Part shown: positions 29,211 through 42,069 of the stretch, piece after piece
Layout: each line of letters starts with the position of its first letter
Position numbering within the stretch: position 1 is the stretch's first letter
Origin: the human T2T-CHM13v2.0 reference genome, Homo sapiens
DNA length: 64,000 bases
NCBI RefSeq assembly: GCF_009914755.1
Contig: NC_060935.1
Strand: one strand, 5' to 3'
Translations under genes and position numbers: made by a program
Notes under the pieces: model-generated
The model's input: the letters and a program-made list of their open reading frames with translations, nothing else
Told to the model about the DNA's origin: nothing
Database searches by the model: none

Positions 29211-29536
29211 GAAGCCAAATGCACGAAAGCATTGATGAAATGAGGTTGAAGAGGCAGAGATCACAGAGTACCTTGTATGCCTCGATTAACATCTTTTTCT
29301 TTGAGAAGAGAATATGGGCAAAAAATAGTTCCTAACTATAGATTTTTTAAAAAAACTCATTTTTTTTTTTCTGATTAGGGACTATTTTAGGTTTAAGAAA
29401 AGTTCCAGAAATAGTACTGATAATTTCTATATATCCTTCCCTCAGTTTTCCTTAATGATATTTTACATCACCATTTGTCCAAACAATTGGTATGATACTA
29501 TTAACTAAACTACTACAGGTCAGGTCATATCCTTTT

Positions 29537-29841
<305 letters not shown>

Positions 29842-30446
29842 AGGTTATATCATTTTTATAATCGAAAAACTACTAGAAAAAATAAGAACACTTTTATTTA
29901 ATTAAATTAACTTTTTAGGAGTGCATTTCTTAGAACTTTCTTAGATTTTAGATATTTCACCAATATGAGGTAGTCATTAGGTTGAGGACATCAATAGTTC
30001 TCTCTCCTGCTAAATGTTCAGAAACCACATTCACTTAGGACTATCTTAATTTCATTAACAAACATTGCCTAGATATAATTTATTTTTTGTTAACTGATCA
30101 GAACACATTTACCAAAATTTGAATGCTTATTTTTAGCCATTTTAATTGAGTAGGTAATAGAGATATTGTATTTCTGATTAATATTTCCAATATTTTCAGC
30201 TGTGTTTTTTCAATTATAAAACTAGGAGGCAATTCTAAAAATATGCACTGAAGAATTAGTCTGTGGATAGAAGTCTGCAAAATCCAACCTCTGCACACTA
30301 AGACTCTATTTATCTCCCAATGATCATATCTTCAGAATCTCCCACATTTCTTTACCTCCAACATTTAAAATTGTTTAGTCCTTTATTGGGTAAATAGCCC
30401 ATGCAATAGAATGCCTTACATTTCCAAGATTTTTGCCCTGGTTAGG

Positions 30447-30660
30447 CCAATGTGAGGTCTTCAATAAGAATCTGGGAATTAGAAAGGACCACGACCCAAC
30501 AGCAGCAGTGTTAAAAAAAAAAAAATGTTAATGTCTGTCTCACATGTCTGCTCAGTTACTCATTGATTTCAGCTCAAGCCCCTATTAGGAAGTGATTTTT
30601 TTTCCACAAAAAAAGGAGTATAAAGTGTTCCTCTCTCTACTGCAGCACAGGAGAGCCACA
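30447..30660 (+). promoter_or_regulatory. Candidate TATA-type core promoter
   Basis: CCAAT 30447, AGGAAGT 30587, TATAAAG 30619-30625, pyrimidine run then CA ~28-30 nt downstream; motif evidence only. Confidence 0.3.
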
Positions 30661-31439
30661 GACAGGAATTCACAGAAACAGCAGACCTGAGCACAGAGAA
30701 AGACAGGACCAGAATATTAAACAGATGAGGCAAAAGACAACTTTGGGCAAAACTGAAGGCTTTTCTACAAATAGTAAGATGGGCCCTGAAAAAAAGTAAA
30801 TGGCATGGTATACTCACAAAACAGATCAGCAATAATCAGACATCTCTAAAGGGTATTGACGCAAATAAGATAGTCTCCTAGCAAGGATTAATATTTTTGT
30901 AATACCTGTAAGGTAATGACTTGGAAATTTATGTCAGACTCACAGAACATTTATCACTTGATATGTGTATTAATATTTAAGTTAGAGAATAAATGTGCAG
31001 TTTCTTATTCCAGTAAATATTTGGTTCCAGTGTTTCAAAAGATCATTTTGTTTACATTTTGGAATCAAAAGTTCAATAAACCCTCCTGGCGTTATGAAAT
31101 CATGATAATGAGACTAGTTAGACCCTCCATGACTTGAGAGGCTCCTGTTGTTTTAAAAGACTGGTTTCTCTCAGGATAAACTACTTACTCATCACAGGAG
31201 AATTCCAAGGCCCTAATTCTCCTTTCACCTGCCTGTGACTTTCGCATTATTCATTAGGTTTAGATTATTTAAGAGTTAATAGCAGCATCAGGAATGAAAC
31301 TGCATTGCTGAACAAGAAGATGAAAAATTATGGCTCTTTGTGAAATGAATTTTTCTTAAAACTAGGACTGTTTTAAAGATGGTAGGAGGTATATGAAGGA
31401 TTTTGATACACTCAATAGTATTTATGTCTTTTCTCACAC

Positions 31440-31680
31440 AGCAAAGAGTGCAATCTTAAAGAAATATAAATTGAAGTTAGGAATCCTGCGTTCAATCTCG
31501 GCTCTTCCACTCACGGAATGTGTGTCTTTGACAAATTTCCTACTCTGAGCATCAGTTACCTCATTAGCAAAATGGAGATAATAGATACCTAATAGAGAAT
31601 GAGAGGATTCTATGACGTAACAGAAAGCTTTTTGTATGGTTACTGGCACATGCAAGGTGCTCAAAATATTAGCTGCTTTT
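31440..31680 (+). mobile_element. MIR
   Basis: ttcaatctcggctcttccactcac...tctgagcatcagttacctcattagcaaaatggagataata...tggcacatgcaaggtgctcaaaat. Confidence 0.8.
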
Positions 31681-31724
31681 TTTTCTCTCCAACATCAACA
31701 TTTTATCTTTTCAACATTTTTAAA

Positions 31725-32243
31725 ATTTAATTTCTTGACATACAAAATATTGTACATCAAGCTTGTCCAGCCCTTAGCCTTGTAAGCCACATGCGACTGC
31801 AGCCCAGGATGGCTTTAAATGCTGCCCAACACAAATTCATAAACTTTCTTAAGACATTATGAGGTTTTTTGTATTTTTTTTTTTAGCTCATCCGCTATTG
31901 TTAATGTTACTGTATTTGATGTGTGGTCCAAGACAATTCTTCTTCCAGTGTGGCCCAGGGAAGCCAAAAGAGTAGATGCCCCTGCTGTACATAATTAATG
32001 GATACAGCTTGATGAGTTTGGAGGTAAGTATACACCCATGAAACCATTACCACAACCAATGCCATAAATATATCCATCATTTGCAAAAGTTTCTTCCAGC
32101 TTTCTTGTTTATTATTATTACTTTTTGTGACAGAACAATTAACATAAGATCTACCCTCTTTGCAAGTGTTTAAATGTACAGTACAACATTAACTATAGGC
32201 ACTATGTTTGTACAGTAAATACCTAGGACTTATTTACCTTGTA
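31725..32243 (-). mobile_element. L1M 3' fragment interrupted by MER30B
   Basis: atacagcttgatgagtttgg...catgaaaccattaccaca...aacataagatctaccctctt. Confidence 0.7.
31758..31984 (-). mobile_element. MER30B (hAT-Charlie)
   Basis: caagcttgtcca...ggcccagggaagccaaaaga...cccctg; 8-bp TSD (t/c)tgtacat. Confidence 0.85.
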
Positions 32244-32859
32244 TTTTAGAGCAGGCTAATTGTGAGGAAGATTGGCTACAAGTGGAGCAGAAACTGATCT
32301 ACTACAAATGAAAATGCGCAGTTTTCTATATGATACCCAATAAAGTAGATGATATACTTAAGGATATATAAGCAGAAATGCTGAATGAAAAGGTAATAAA
32401 ACAATTTTGTGCAAGATTACTATGAGTTTGTATGTGTTGACAAGGGAGGTGTGTTGATGTGCAAGAGAAAGTAATTGTTCTCTCTACCTATCTTTACCAG
32501 GGCATTGTGATGCCAAATAACATTCATGTCAATTGTCATAAGCAGCACAGAATTTTGAGGTAATTCTATGCCTGTTGCATCTGTCTTTCCCTCTATAGCA
32601 AGTGGCTTCTCCTTGAATATCCAGGGCAACAAAATATGAAATCTTGAATTAAAATCTTAGTCTTTCACTTGCAGAAATGTGCTTCTTACCTGCTGTGGTC
32701 ATTTACTTTGAGCTAGTCTCAAATTCTTGCATAGGACACCACTTCAAATATTCAAGACCTTCATAGCTGATAGCAAGTAGGTAATACTTTGGAAATTTAA
32801 ATTTCTGCATTCTGAATGGAACTTTATTTTTGTTAATGAACTTAGTTTTTTAAAGACTT

Positions 32860-33247
<388 letters not shown>

Positions 33248-34693
33248 TCACCTGGGATGAATTTCTCGAATTCATTTAAAAATGTTCCTTCATTTTGACA
33301 AAGACTTGTTTTAATCTCTTCAAATGAATCTATTATTTGAGAATAAAATCTTGCTAGATTCTAAATCTCCCCACATGAGAAATAGAGTTTTATTTGATCT
33401 ATTAGAAAATTAAAGTAAACTGAGAGTTTCTCCCTCAATATTGACTAGTTTACTAGGGATGACATTATTCATTTTTTCTCTTTCCAACAGTATTATTTAA
33501 GGGTAATATGCTAAGTATACTGGAAAAATCAGCATATCTAAGTATTTTTTTTTGTATTTATAGAAAAGAGTTGGAGGAAGTAAGTCTTCACTAGCAGCGT
33601 AAAAGAACTTCCATTTTTATCTCTGAAAAAAAAAATTTGCGTATGTGTCAGATTTACTGCTTAATTGCAACTACCACAATATAAAAACTTACTCTGGATG
33701 CACAATTCAGCAAACAATTATTGAGTGTTGCTTCTGTATATAATAGAGTGCTACTAATCCTAAAGAATACAATGTTGACAAACTCAGCATCATCAACCTC
33801 CTCCTCAAGTCTATTACGGATAAAATTTACATAATAACAGCAATTATTAATTCATTTTTTTTTTTTTTGCCAAGCCCTGTGTTCAGCACTTGGATTTTTA
33901 AATTTTCTTACAACAACCCCATGTATTAGATATATTATATCTATTTATTGGATAAAGAAACAAAACCTTTGGAAGATAAGATTCAGGCTACCATAGTTCT
34001 ATCTGAGAAATAAAAAAAGTGGCATTGAAGAAAGGAGAAGAAATGGTAGATTTGCAAGATTCACGAGACCGAAGCACACTGCAGCCTTCTCTCAATTTTT
34101 GTTTTAATTACTGTCACTGCCACAATCCTATTCTCTCCAACGTGGTCACAATTTTATATCAGTTTTTAAATATTCATTATATTTAGTCAGTATCTGCACA
34201 CACTCAATGTATGTATTTTAAGTTGTAACTACCTAGGAATCAATTTTATTTTCCTCTTCTTGAGGTTAAAATCAATAATCATTAACTGGAATCATTTCAC
34301 TCAAAGCATCATTAAATTTATCAAATTAACTAATCAAATAGGTGGAACCAACATAACAAATAAGCAATTTCACAAACAGCCCTGTGCTAGCTGCAACCTG
34401 AATATTCATGTGAAAGTGTAAAACCAATGTGAGACCATAGCTCTCTGTTCAAATGGAAGCTAGGCACATTATATTCATAACATTATTTCATTCTTGTTAT
34501 AACCAAGGGAGGACACTATTATGATCTCCATTTTATACATGGGGAAACTAAGGTTAGTGGAGGCACAATTCACTTATCAATGTTTGGCTTCAAAGCCTAA
34601 TTTTTTACCTCATAGTATGTTGGAATCAAAATGAGACCAACATTGCCATTTTAACAGAAATGAAACAAAATGTTATATAATACATTTAGATGG

Positions 34694-35062
34694 CAGTGCT
34701 TCACAAACATTCAAGCCCATATGAGTCAACTGGGGATAATGTTAAAAGGCAGTTTCTGAGTCAGTAGATCTGGGTTGGAGCCTAGGACTTAACATTTCCC
34801 TCAAGCTCCCAGGTGATGCCAGTGTTTCTGGCCCATGGGCCACACTGTGGGTAAGAAGGTTTAATTTAGAGCCTTGAGATATAATGAAGGGTGGTCCTAG
34901 GTGGGAGGCATCAGCATGATGTGAGAGTTTGTTAGAAATTCAAACTCCCTGGCATCCTTTCAAACCCCTTGAATTAGAATATCTGGAAATAGGACCTGAA
35001 AATCTGTGTTTTAACAAGACTTCAAGATAATTTTTGTTCACACTACAGTTTGAGAAGCATTA
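34694..35062. mobile_element. Two adjacent MER5-family (hAT-Charlie) elements
   Basis: aagctcccaggtgatgcc...ggccacact; catcagcat...ttgttagaaatt...atctgtgttttaacaag...agtttgagaagca. Confidence 0.8.
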
Positions 35063-35139
35063 ATGTAAATTGCATATTGAATTTGTATCAGAAAAAAGAA
35101 ATGATGTCTTCTCACTCCCTTCCTCTATACCAGATTGTT

Positions 35140-35580
35140 TCTCCCAGTGCTGGAATTGGCTGCCATCACGGTTTGTGAAATGTCAAGATTTTATTCATAG
35201 TCCTCTTTCTTTATACTTTATATGATATATTTGAGAAATTTTATCTATTCACAAGCTTTAACTAGCACCTACCTGCAGAAGAATACCAAAATTACATCTC
35301 TTGTTCTAACTTCTCTTAGTTTAAGTCCTAAATGTCTGATTCTCAAATACATATTTATCTGCACAAGTATGTCCCACTGACACATCAGACTCCTTATGTC
35401 TGAAAAAGCACTCATCAGTTTTACGTGATAAGTCTTCTCAATTATCTTTCTGTGTTTGATATTCCCATCCACTGCAATTATTTAAGACAAGGTCTTCAGA
35501 ATATTGATTGAATAGTTCTTATGAATCACTTCTTACACCTAACTATTTACAAAGTTTTGTCTTTCCTATTTTTCTTTCTA
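35140..35580 (+). mobile_element. L2 fragment (approximate bounds)
   Basis: caaatacatatttatctgcacaagtatgtcccactgacacatcagactccttatgtctgaaa. Confidence 0.55.
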
Positions 35581-35990
35581 GTATATTCCTACTTACTTAC
35601 CTCATTTAATGGGGTGAGAGAGAAGACATTAAAGAGATGAGAGATAAGAGATTTTTATAACAATTCATGCTAAAAGTTGATATGGTTTTAATGTAATATC
35701 ATAAAATTGGGCACACAAAAGAAAATCTGAGACAAAAAATCATGATAGAATGTAAAACTTACAAACTGAAACACAAATGATGGCCTAGGGTGTTAAGGTA
35801 TTCTGAAATGATTCTATATTGGGAACTATGCTCTAATAAAGCTGACATTTAATCACATTGCTAATATAAACTTGGAATGTAAGATTCTTTAATTCATCCA
35901 TTTATGATTCATTCATACATACACCAATTAATATAAGCATTTATTGAACATATATTTAAAGCATTGTGCTAGGCTCTCTAAATATAGATT

Positions 35991-36007
35991 ATCTATCTCT
36001 CTATCTC

Positions 36008-36046
<39 letters not shown>
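35991..36046. repeat. (CTAT)n / GATA tetranucleotide STR
   Basis: ~9 perfect CTAT units preceded by CTCT-interrupted units. Confidence 0.95.
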
Positions 36047-36047
<1 letters not shown>

Positions 36048-36480
36048 GCCAGGGAGATAACACTGTTTATTAGCCAACTCAACAGATGTTTTTCAGTTGT
36101 TTTCTCCATTTTCATATCTACTCCAGAAGCTGGGAAGGCAAATGCCCACCTTCACAGCTTCCCTCACAGTTGGGTATAGTTCTGGCTACTGAGATTTAAA
36201 CAAATATTTTCTGGAGATACCTAAAACAACATCTGCTTTCTTAATAAAAAGACACAGGTTCAACTGGCATGAACCTTTATCATCTTTTTCTACTCTCTTT
36301 CTGATCTTGAAAACAAATATGATATCTGTAGATACTATAGCCACTTTAGAACTAGGAAATAAATAGCTTTAGGATAAAGGCCAACATTTTGAGAGGATAA
36401 AATAGTAGAATATTTAGTGTCTGAATCCCTCTAGAAAGTGTTGATCTTCCTCCCATTTCATATTATCCAGGCAATAGCTT
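36047..36480. mobile_element. ERVL LTR (LTR33-like), approximate bounds
   Basis: cagcttccctcacagttggg...agttctggctactgagat...tgctttcttaataaaaaga. Confidence 0.55.
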
Positions 36481-36667
36481 TTAACCTTTGCTTAATCTTC
36501 TAATTTTTAAATTTTTTAAAAGCATTATTCAGTAATTTAAAATTTACATAGAAATTGAAAAAATATAGGGAGCTCTTGTATAACTTTCACCCAGATTTCC
36601 TTGTTAACATTTCTCTTGTTTTGAAAAAGTTAAGAGTAAGTTTCAGTTATGATACCCCATTACTCCT

Positions 36668-37147
36668 TGTATTAGTTTTCTGTGGCTGCATTAACAAATT
36701 ACAACAAACTTGGTGTATTTAAACAACAGAAATTTATTCTTTCATGGTTCTGGAGACCAGAAATCCAAAATTAGCCTCACTGGATTGAAATCAGGGTATT
36801 GGCAGGACGGGGGTCTCCTCCAGAGAGAGATCTGTTCCTTGCTTCTTTCAACTAATGTTGGTTATCAATGTTTCTTGGCTTGCCTCCATATTAACCCAAT
36901 TTCTGCCTCCATCTTAACACTTTCTTTTCCTCTTCTGTCTGGATTAAGTATCGCCTTGCCTCTCTCTGATAAGAGCACTTGTGGTAGTATTTTAGGGCCC
37001 ACCTGAACAATCCAAGATAATCTCCCAGTCTCAAAATCATTAACTTACTCACATCTGCAAAGAACCTTATTCGTCATATGACAACACTTAAACAGGTGTA
37101 GGTTTCAGAACCTGATACCTTTAGGGGCTATTATTCTTCCTACCATA
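36668..37147 (-). mobile_element. MLT1C-like MaLR solo LTR
   Basis: tgtattagttttctgtggctgcattaacaaattac...cacatctgcaaag...ttattcttcctaccata. Confidence 0.85.
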
Positions 37148-37960
37148 CCTCTTAATTCTACAATATATATTTCCTATGCACAAGAACATTTTGCCACATA
37201 GACACAATATATCCATCAAAATCAGGAAATAAGTATTGATGCAATATTATTTTCTGGTCCACAGACCCCACTTACATTTTCCTAATTATCCCAGATATAC
37301 CCTTTTTAGGCCCACTAGCCAATCCATAATCAGTGGTTTTATTCATTGTCAAATCTCTTTAATACTTTTCAATCTGGAATAGTTCCTTATTTTTTCTTTG
37401 TCTTTAATGGTCCTAACATTTTTAAAAATTAGCCTAGTTACTGTGTAGAATGTGACTCCATTTGTAATGTTTGTTATATTTAAGAATTTGTATGTTTCTG
37501 GCAAGAATACCACAGAAGTGATGCTGAGCTCTTTGCAGTGTGTATATCAGAAGGTATACATGCTGATTTTGTTTCATTATTGATGATGGTAACATTTATT
37601 ATTTAATTAATGGTGCCTGTGAGATTTCTACACTAGAAAGTTAATAAGTATGTTATCAATAAATAATCATTATGCATTGATGGAAAGTTACTTTGAGACT
37701 ATGTGAATACTCCATTTTTCATCAGTCTTTTACACAACAGATTTGGCATTCATTGATGAATTCTGCCTGAATGAGTTTTCACTGATGATTATCAAGTGGT
37801 AATCTCCTAATTCCATAATTCTTTGTAGATTGATTAGTTGGCATGGAAGAATTCCCTTCCAATTCCAGCACCACTCCCAATTTATATATGTATCCATTTA
37901 TATTAGTAAAATCTCATAAATTCTTATTTTACTCAAAGTATTATAACTGGTCATTATTAT

Positions 37961-38400
37961 TGTTAAGAGTTAAAGAGGAAAGAAACACAAAAAGTGGCTC
38001 AACAGTCAAAGACAGGTTTATTTTGGAGAATAAACCTGAGAGGGGCTTCTGGGCGATTTCAGTCAGGAGTGCTCTCTCTTACAGGCTAAGAGTATGTATT
38101 GGTTTTAGGGTGAGGGAGCTTATTACAGACTTGAAATGTTTCTGTGTGGGGGAGAAGTTTTATGGCAGGGTTGGAATGTCTCTGGTTGGAAGGGAGGTTA
38201 TCTCGGGGCTGGCATGTCTCTGGTCGGGGAGAGGTTTATATTACGGTTCGAACGTTTCTGGTCGGAGATGTCATTTATGGTTTATGGTCATGCTAACCTT
38301 AGCCATTAGGCTGATGCCCTTTGGATTTAGGCAATTTTTAATCAAGGGGAACTTTAAGATGGCAGTGCTTGTCCAAGATGGCAATGCTCCTGCCATGTCA
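37961..38400 (-). mobile_element. MER61-family ERV1 solo LTR
   Basis: TG...CA ends; ATTAT TSD at 37956-60 and 38401-05; minus strand starts TGACATGGCAGGAGCATTGCCATCTTGGACAAGC; internal ~40-bp repeats. Confidence 0.85.
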
Positions 38401-38687
38401 ATTATCACTTATTTCAATTTGTCCCAGACTTGACTAGTGGAAGCTCCTTCAACTGGTTCTTATGTCTTTTGCACATGCCCCTAGAGTACCTCTGGCACAA
38501 CAGGATGTTACCAGATCATCTTGTATTTTCCCTGCCTCAGCCCTGGAGTCAGGTACTCTTCCCCAGGAAGCTCTGGCTCCTTAGTATCTAGAAACAAATA
38601 ATAGGATACTATATGTGCTCCTCGTGACTGTGGTGTAATTACATGTATGTCCTCTAAAGAGAGTCAGATAAAAAAAAATCTATTTAT

Positions 38688-39153
38688 GCACTATTTGCAG
38701 TGAAAAAGATATGGAATCAACCTAAATGCCCATTAACAATAAACTGGATTTTAAAAAAAGTTGTACATATGCACCATGGAATACTATGCAACCATAAAAT
38801 ATAAAATGATCGTGTCCTTCACAGCAACATGGATGGACCTGGATGCCATTATCCTAAGTGGACTAACACAGGAATAGAAAACTAAATGCCACATGTTCTC
38901 ACTTATAAGTGGGGGCTAAATATTAAGTACATATGGATGCAAAGAAGGGGACAACAGTCACTGGGGCCCACTTGAGAGTGGAGAGTGGGAGGAGGGTGAA
39001 GATCAAAAAACTGTTAGCTTCTATGCTCATCACCTGAGCGATGAAATAATCTGTACACCAAACTCCCACAGCACACAATTTACCTATATGTCAAACCCGC
39101 ACATGTGCCGGTGAACCTAAAATAAAAGTTAAAAACAATTAAATTTAAAAAAG
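38688..39153 (+). mobile_element. L1PA15/16-like 3' end
   Basis: catgttctcacttataagtgg...gaaataatctgtacaccaaac...aacctaaaataaaagtt; TSD-like aaatctat.tat. Confidence 0.85.
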
Positions 39154-39620
39154 CAAATCTATGTATACAAATAATATGCACATATGTGTATATCTGTATG
39201 TTTTTATATTTAATTTTAACTGGAGCTCTATCATATTTGATCATTGTGCACACTGGTGCTTCTACTTGCATTCCAAAACTATCTCCTTTTCATATTCGTA
39301 AGTCCCATTTTCAACAATGAGAAATATGTTTTCCACTACTCTAAATGAATTTCCTAATTTGTTCAGTCCTGCCAGTGTTAACAAACTCCTCACCATGACA
39401 GCAGAAAGCAGTGTCCTTGACTCACATCCATATTGGGTGTATTGGCTAAAAGCTCACACAAAGGAAGGGGAGAAGTAGGGAAAGGAAGAAGGTAAAAGAG
39501 GGCAGGAAGAAGGGTGAAGAAAAGGACATTTAGAAAGCACAACCCCAAAATTTCATTTCCCTATATTAATATGCTGGCTCGTAGCTGGGCCCCTACATAC
39601 CACTGCCCACTGCCCACTTC

Positions 39621-39685
39621 CCACATATGGTGTACACATATGGTGTACTGTCCACATATGGTGTACTGTCCACATATGGTGTACA
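39621..39685. repeat. Minisatellite, CACATATGGTGTAC(TGTC) x4
   Basis: Units at 39622, 39635, 39653 and 39671. Confidence 0.92.
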
Positions 39686-39859
39686 ACACCTGAAAGCTGA
39701 ACTTTCAAAAAGGGAAAGAGAAAAAGGAAGAAAAATTGATCAGTTAGAACTGTTGATTCCAGATATGTGACACTCATCATACCAATGTGTTGGCCCAAAG
39801 TGGGTCCTGACATGCTGTTCTCTGTCCCCACTGGGCATGCCTACCCAAAGCTTGACTAA

Positions 39860-40295
39860 TGTAGTAGTTTGATTACTTTCAGTTTAATGTTGCTGCTAGC
39901 TGTCCAAGATAAATCAGTGTTTCTTCTTCCTATGTACAGCGTAAGGCTCCATTTCAGCTTCCTTTTTAGCTACTTGAGGCCAAATGATGATGTTTTAACC
40001 ACTGAAATGCAAGTAGAAGTGATATGTGCCATTTCCAGACAAAGACGTTTAAGAAGAAGCTATATCTCCTTCACTACCTCTTCACTCTTGCCTGATGGAT
40101 GCAGATTTCAGTGAAAATCTAGGGGAAGCAGGGGCCATAGGATGGAAGAAGCAGAGCTTCGTAAGTTATTCTATGTGAAGCAGAGCCACCCACGCTGAAC
40201 TATTAGGTAGGTGAGAAAAAAGCATCCATTTATCTTGGAGCCAGTATACCTCCTATGATCTATTTGTTACAGAAGCTTATTCAAGTTACACAAAC
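39860..40295. mobile_element. ERVL LTR (LTR16-like), approximate bounds
   Basis: aaatgcaagtagaagtgatatgtgccatttccag...atttgttacagaagc. Confidence 0.6.
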
Positions 40296-41771
40296 ACACA
40301 CAACATCTTAAACTAATATTATCTTTATAATATTATACCTGTTGAATAGTTATGCATAGTATATTATATGTACACTGAATAAGGTCACTTAATACATTTT
40401 AGACATAGAAGAAAATCAAGAAACATTTCCCACAGGAGGTAATACCTACTTGAGTATTGGAAAAAATAAGTATTAATTAAAGTAGCAGGGAATAAGATTG
40501 TGCTCCCATTAGAGAGAATGTCACGTATAAAAGTACGGCAAATGAGGCAGTGGATATCGTGTTTAAGGGAAGTCAAGTTTCTTGATATGACTATAACTCA
40601 AAATGTATGAAGACAGTCATGGAAAGATAAAGCTATATATGTTGTGCTGAATTTCTGTGCACGAAATTTAGCATTTCAATGGAAAATGCAAAGTATATAC
40701 ATATTCTTTCTTTTTGACATCAGTTTATTTCTTCCCTGTTAATGATGATCTCATGTCTAAAGCAAAAGATGTAAAATAATCACACAGAATTCTTACTGCT
40801 ATAAACATCTGAGCCTTGATAGAGCTATTAACATTAAGCCATGTTAATAAACATTAACACCTTTATATCACATATTTGATAAAGTTAAAATTAATTTCAG
40901 CTCATTTGCTATACTCTATTTTGTTAGTACCCAGGAGCATTTTCTTAATAGGAGTTCCAAGAGATCATTGATTGGTTTCAGTAAAGAAATCACCGACATA
41001 AAGATGTTCTTTTGATAGGGAAATTAGATTTGATGTATTCCACAAGAAGCAGTTAGATCTTAATTTAGAGGGTAATTTGGTACCTAAAACTACCTGCAGA
41101 AGGTTTAGTTTGGGGTATAAAAATATGTCTCCAAGCATTGGGTAGTGTTTCTCATATGCTTGGATACTTGCATCTTATTTTTCCAGCAAGTAAATATATA
41201 TATATGTATATATGTATATATAATCAGTGACAGAAAAAATATAAAAAATTTTTAAAGCATAGTTGTTTTAGGTCATCTCCTAGAATGCACAATTGATGGG
41301 AACAAAAGTTAAATGACTGAAATGCATTCTTATATTATACACTTAGTTTTCTCCTCACCTGTTGTTCATTACTTCCATTCTGTATTCATTGCTATTGTTC
41401 CTGTTCAGGCCCTTATTTCCTCCTATCTATGCTAAATAATTGTCATACTTTCAGGATTGTCCTTTGCTTTCTACAATACACCTTCCACATTGATGCTGAA
41501 GTTTTCTTTTAAAAAATCTAATCTTATTGTTACTACATCTAAAAGCCCGATCCTGGCTATCCACAGCCAAGAGAAATAATTAAAGATTTCTTGTCATATC
41601 ATCTAAACCCTTTGATTATCTGACTCTTACCTACTTATTTTTTAGTTTAGTTTTTTTATTTTTTAAGTATACAATTCAGTGGCTTTTTAGGGTATTTTCA
41701 AAGTTTGAAATTACTTATACTGTCTATTATGAGAACATTGTTATCACCCTAAAAACAATCTTGAACCCTTT

Positions 41772-42069
41772 GTGTTATTATTTTTTTTTTTTTAGAGACA
41801 GGGACTTACTCTGTCTCCCAGGCTGCAGTACAGTGGTACATTTATGGTTCACTGCAGCCCCAAACTCCTGGCCTCAAGCGATCCTCCTGAGTAGCTGGGA
41901 CTGCAGGTGCAAGTCACCACACCCAGCTAAGTTTTTTATTTTTATTTTTGGTAGAGATGAAGTCTCTCTTTGTTGCCCAGGCTGGTCTCAAGCTTCCAGC
42001 TTCCAGTAATCCTCCTAAGTCGGCCTCCCAAACAGTTGGGATTACAAGCATGAACCACCATGCTCAGCC
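41772..42069 (-). mobile_element. AluJ inside an L1M fragment (41640-42185)
   Basis: cactgcagcccc...tcaagcgatcctcc; TSD cttgaacccttt at 41760-71 and 42070-81. Confidence 0.88.

Larger units (their letters stand above)
36500..38670 (-). mobile_element. Old L1 (L1MC4/ME-like) 3' region hosting two LTRs
   Basis: ttcacccagatttcc, catcaaaatcaggaaat, ggcaagaataccacagaagtgatg, tactttgagactatgtgaata. Confidence 0.7.

Noticed and set aside
32540-32560. AGCAGCACAGAA, resembling the miR-15/16/195 5' end
   Set aside because: The match is only ~12 nt and I see no complementary arm for a pre-miRNA hairpin
39621-39685. Short repeats as a CRISPR-like array (also 62081-62133 and 51548-51590)
   Set aside because: Head-to-tail tandem units without unique spacers, in primate DNA with no cas genes
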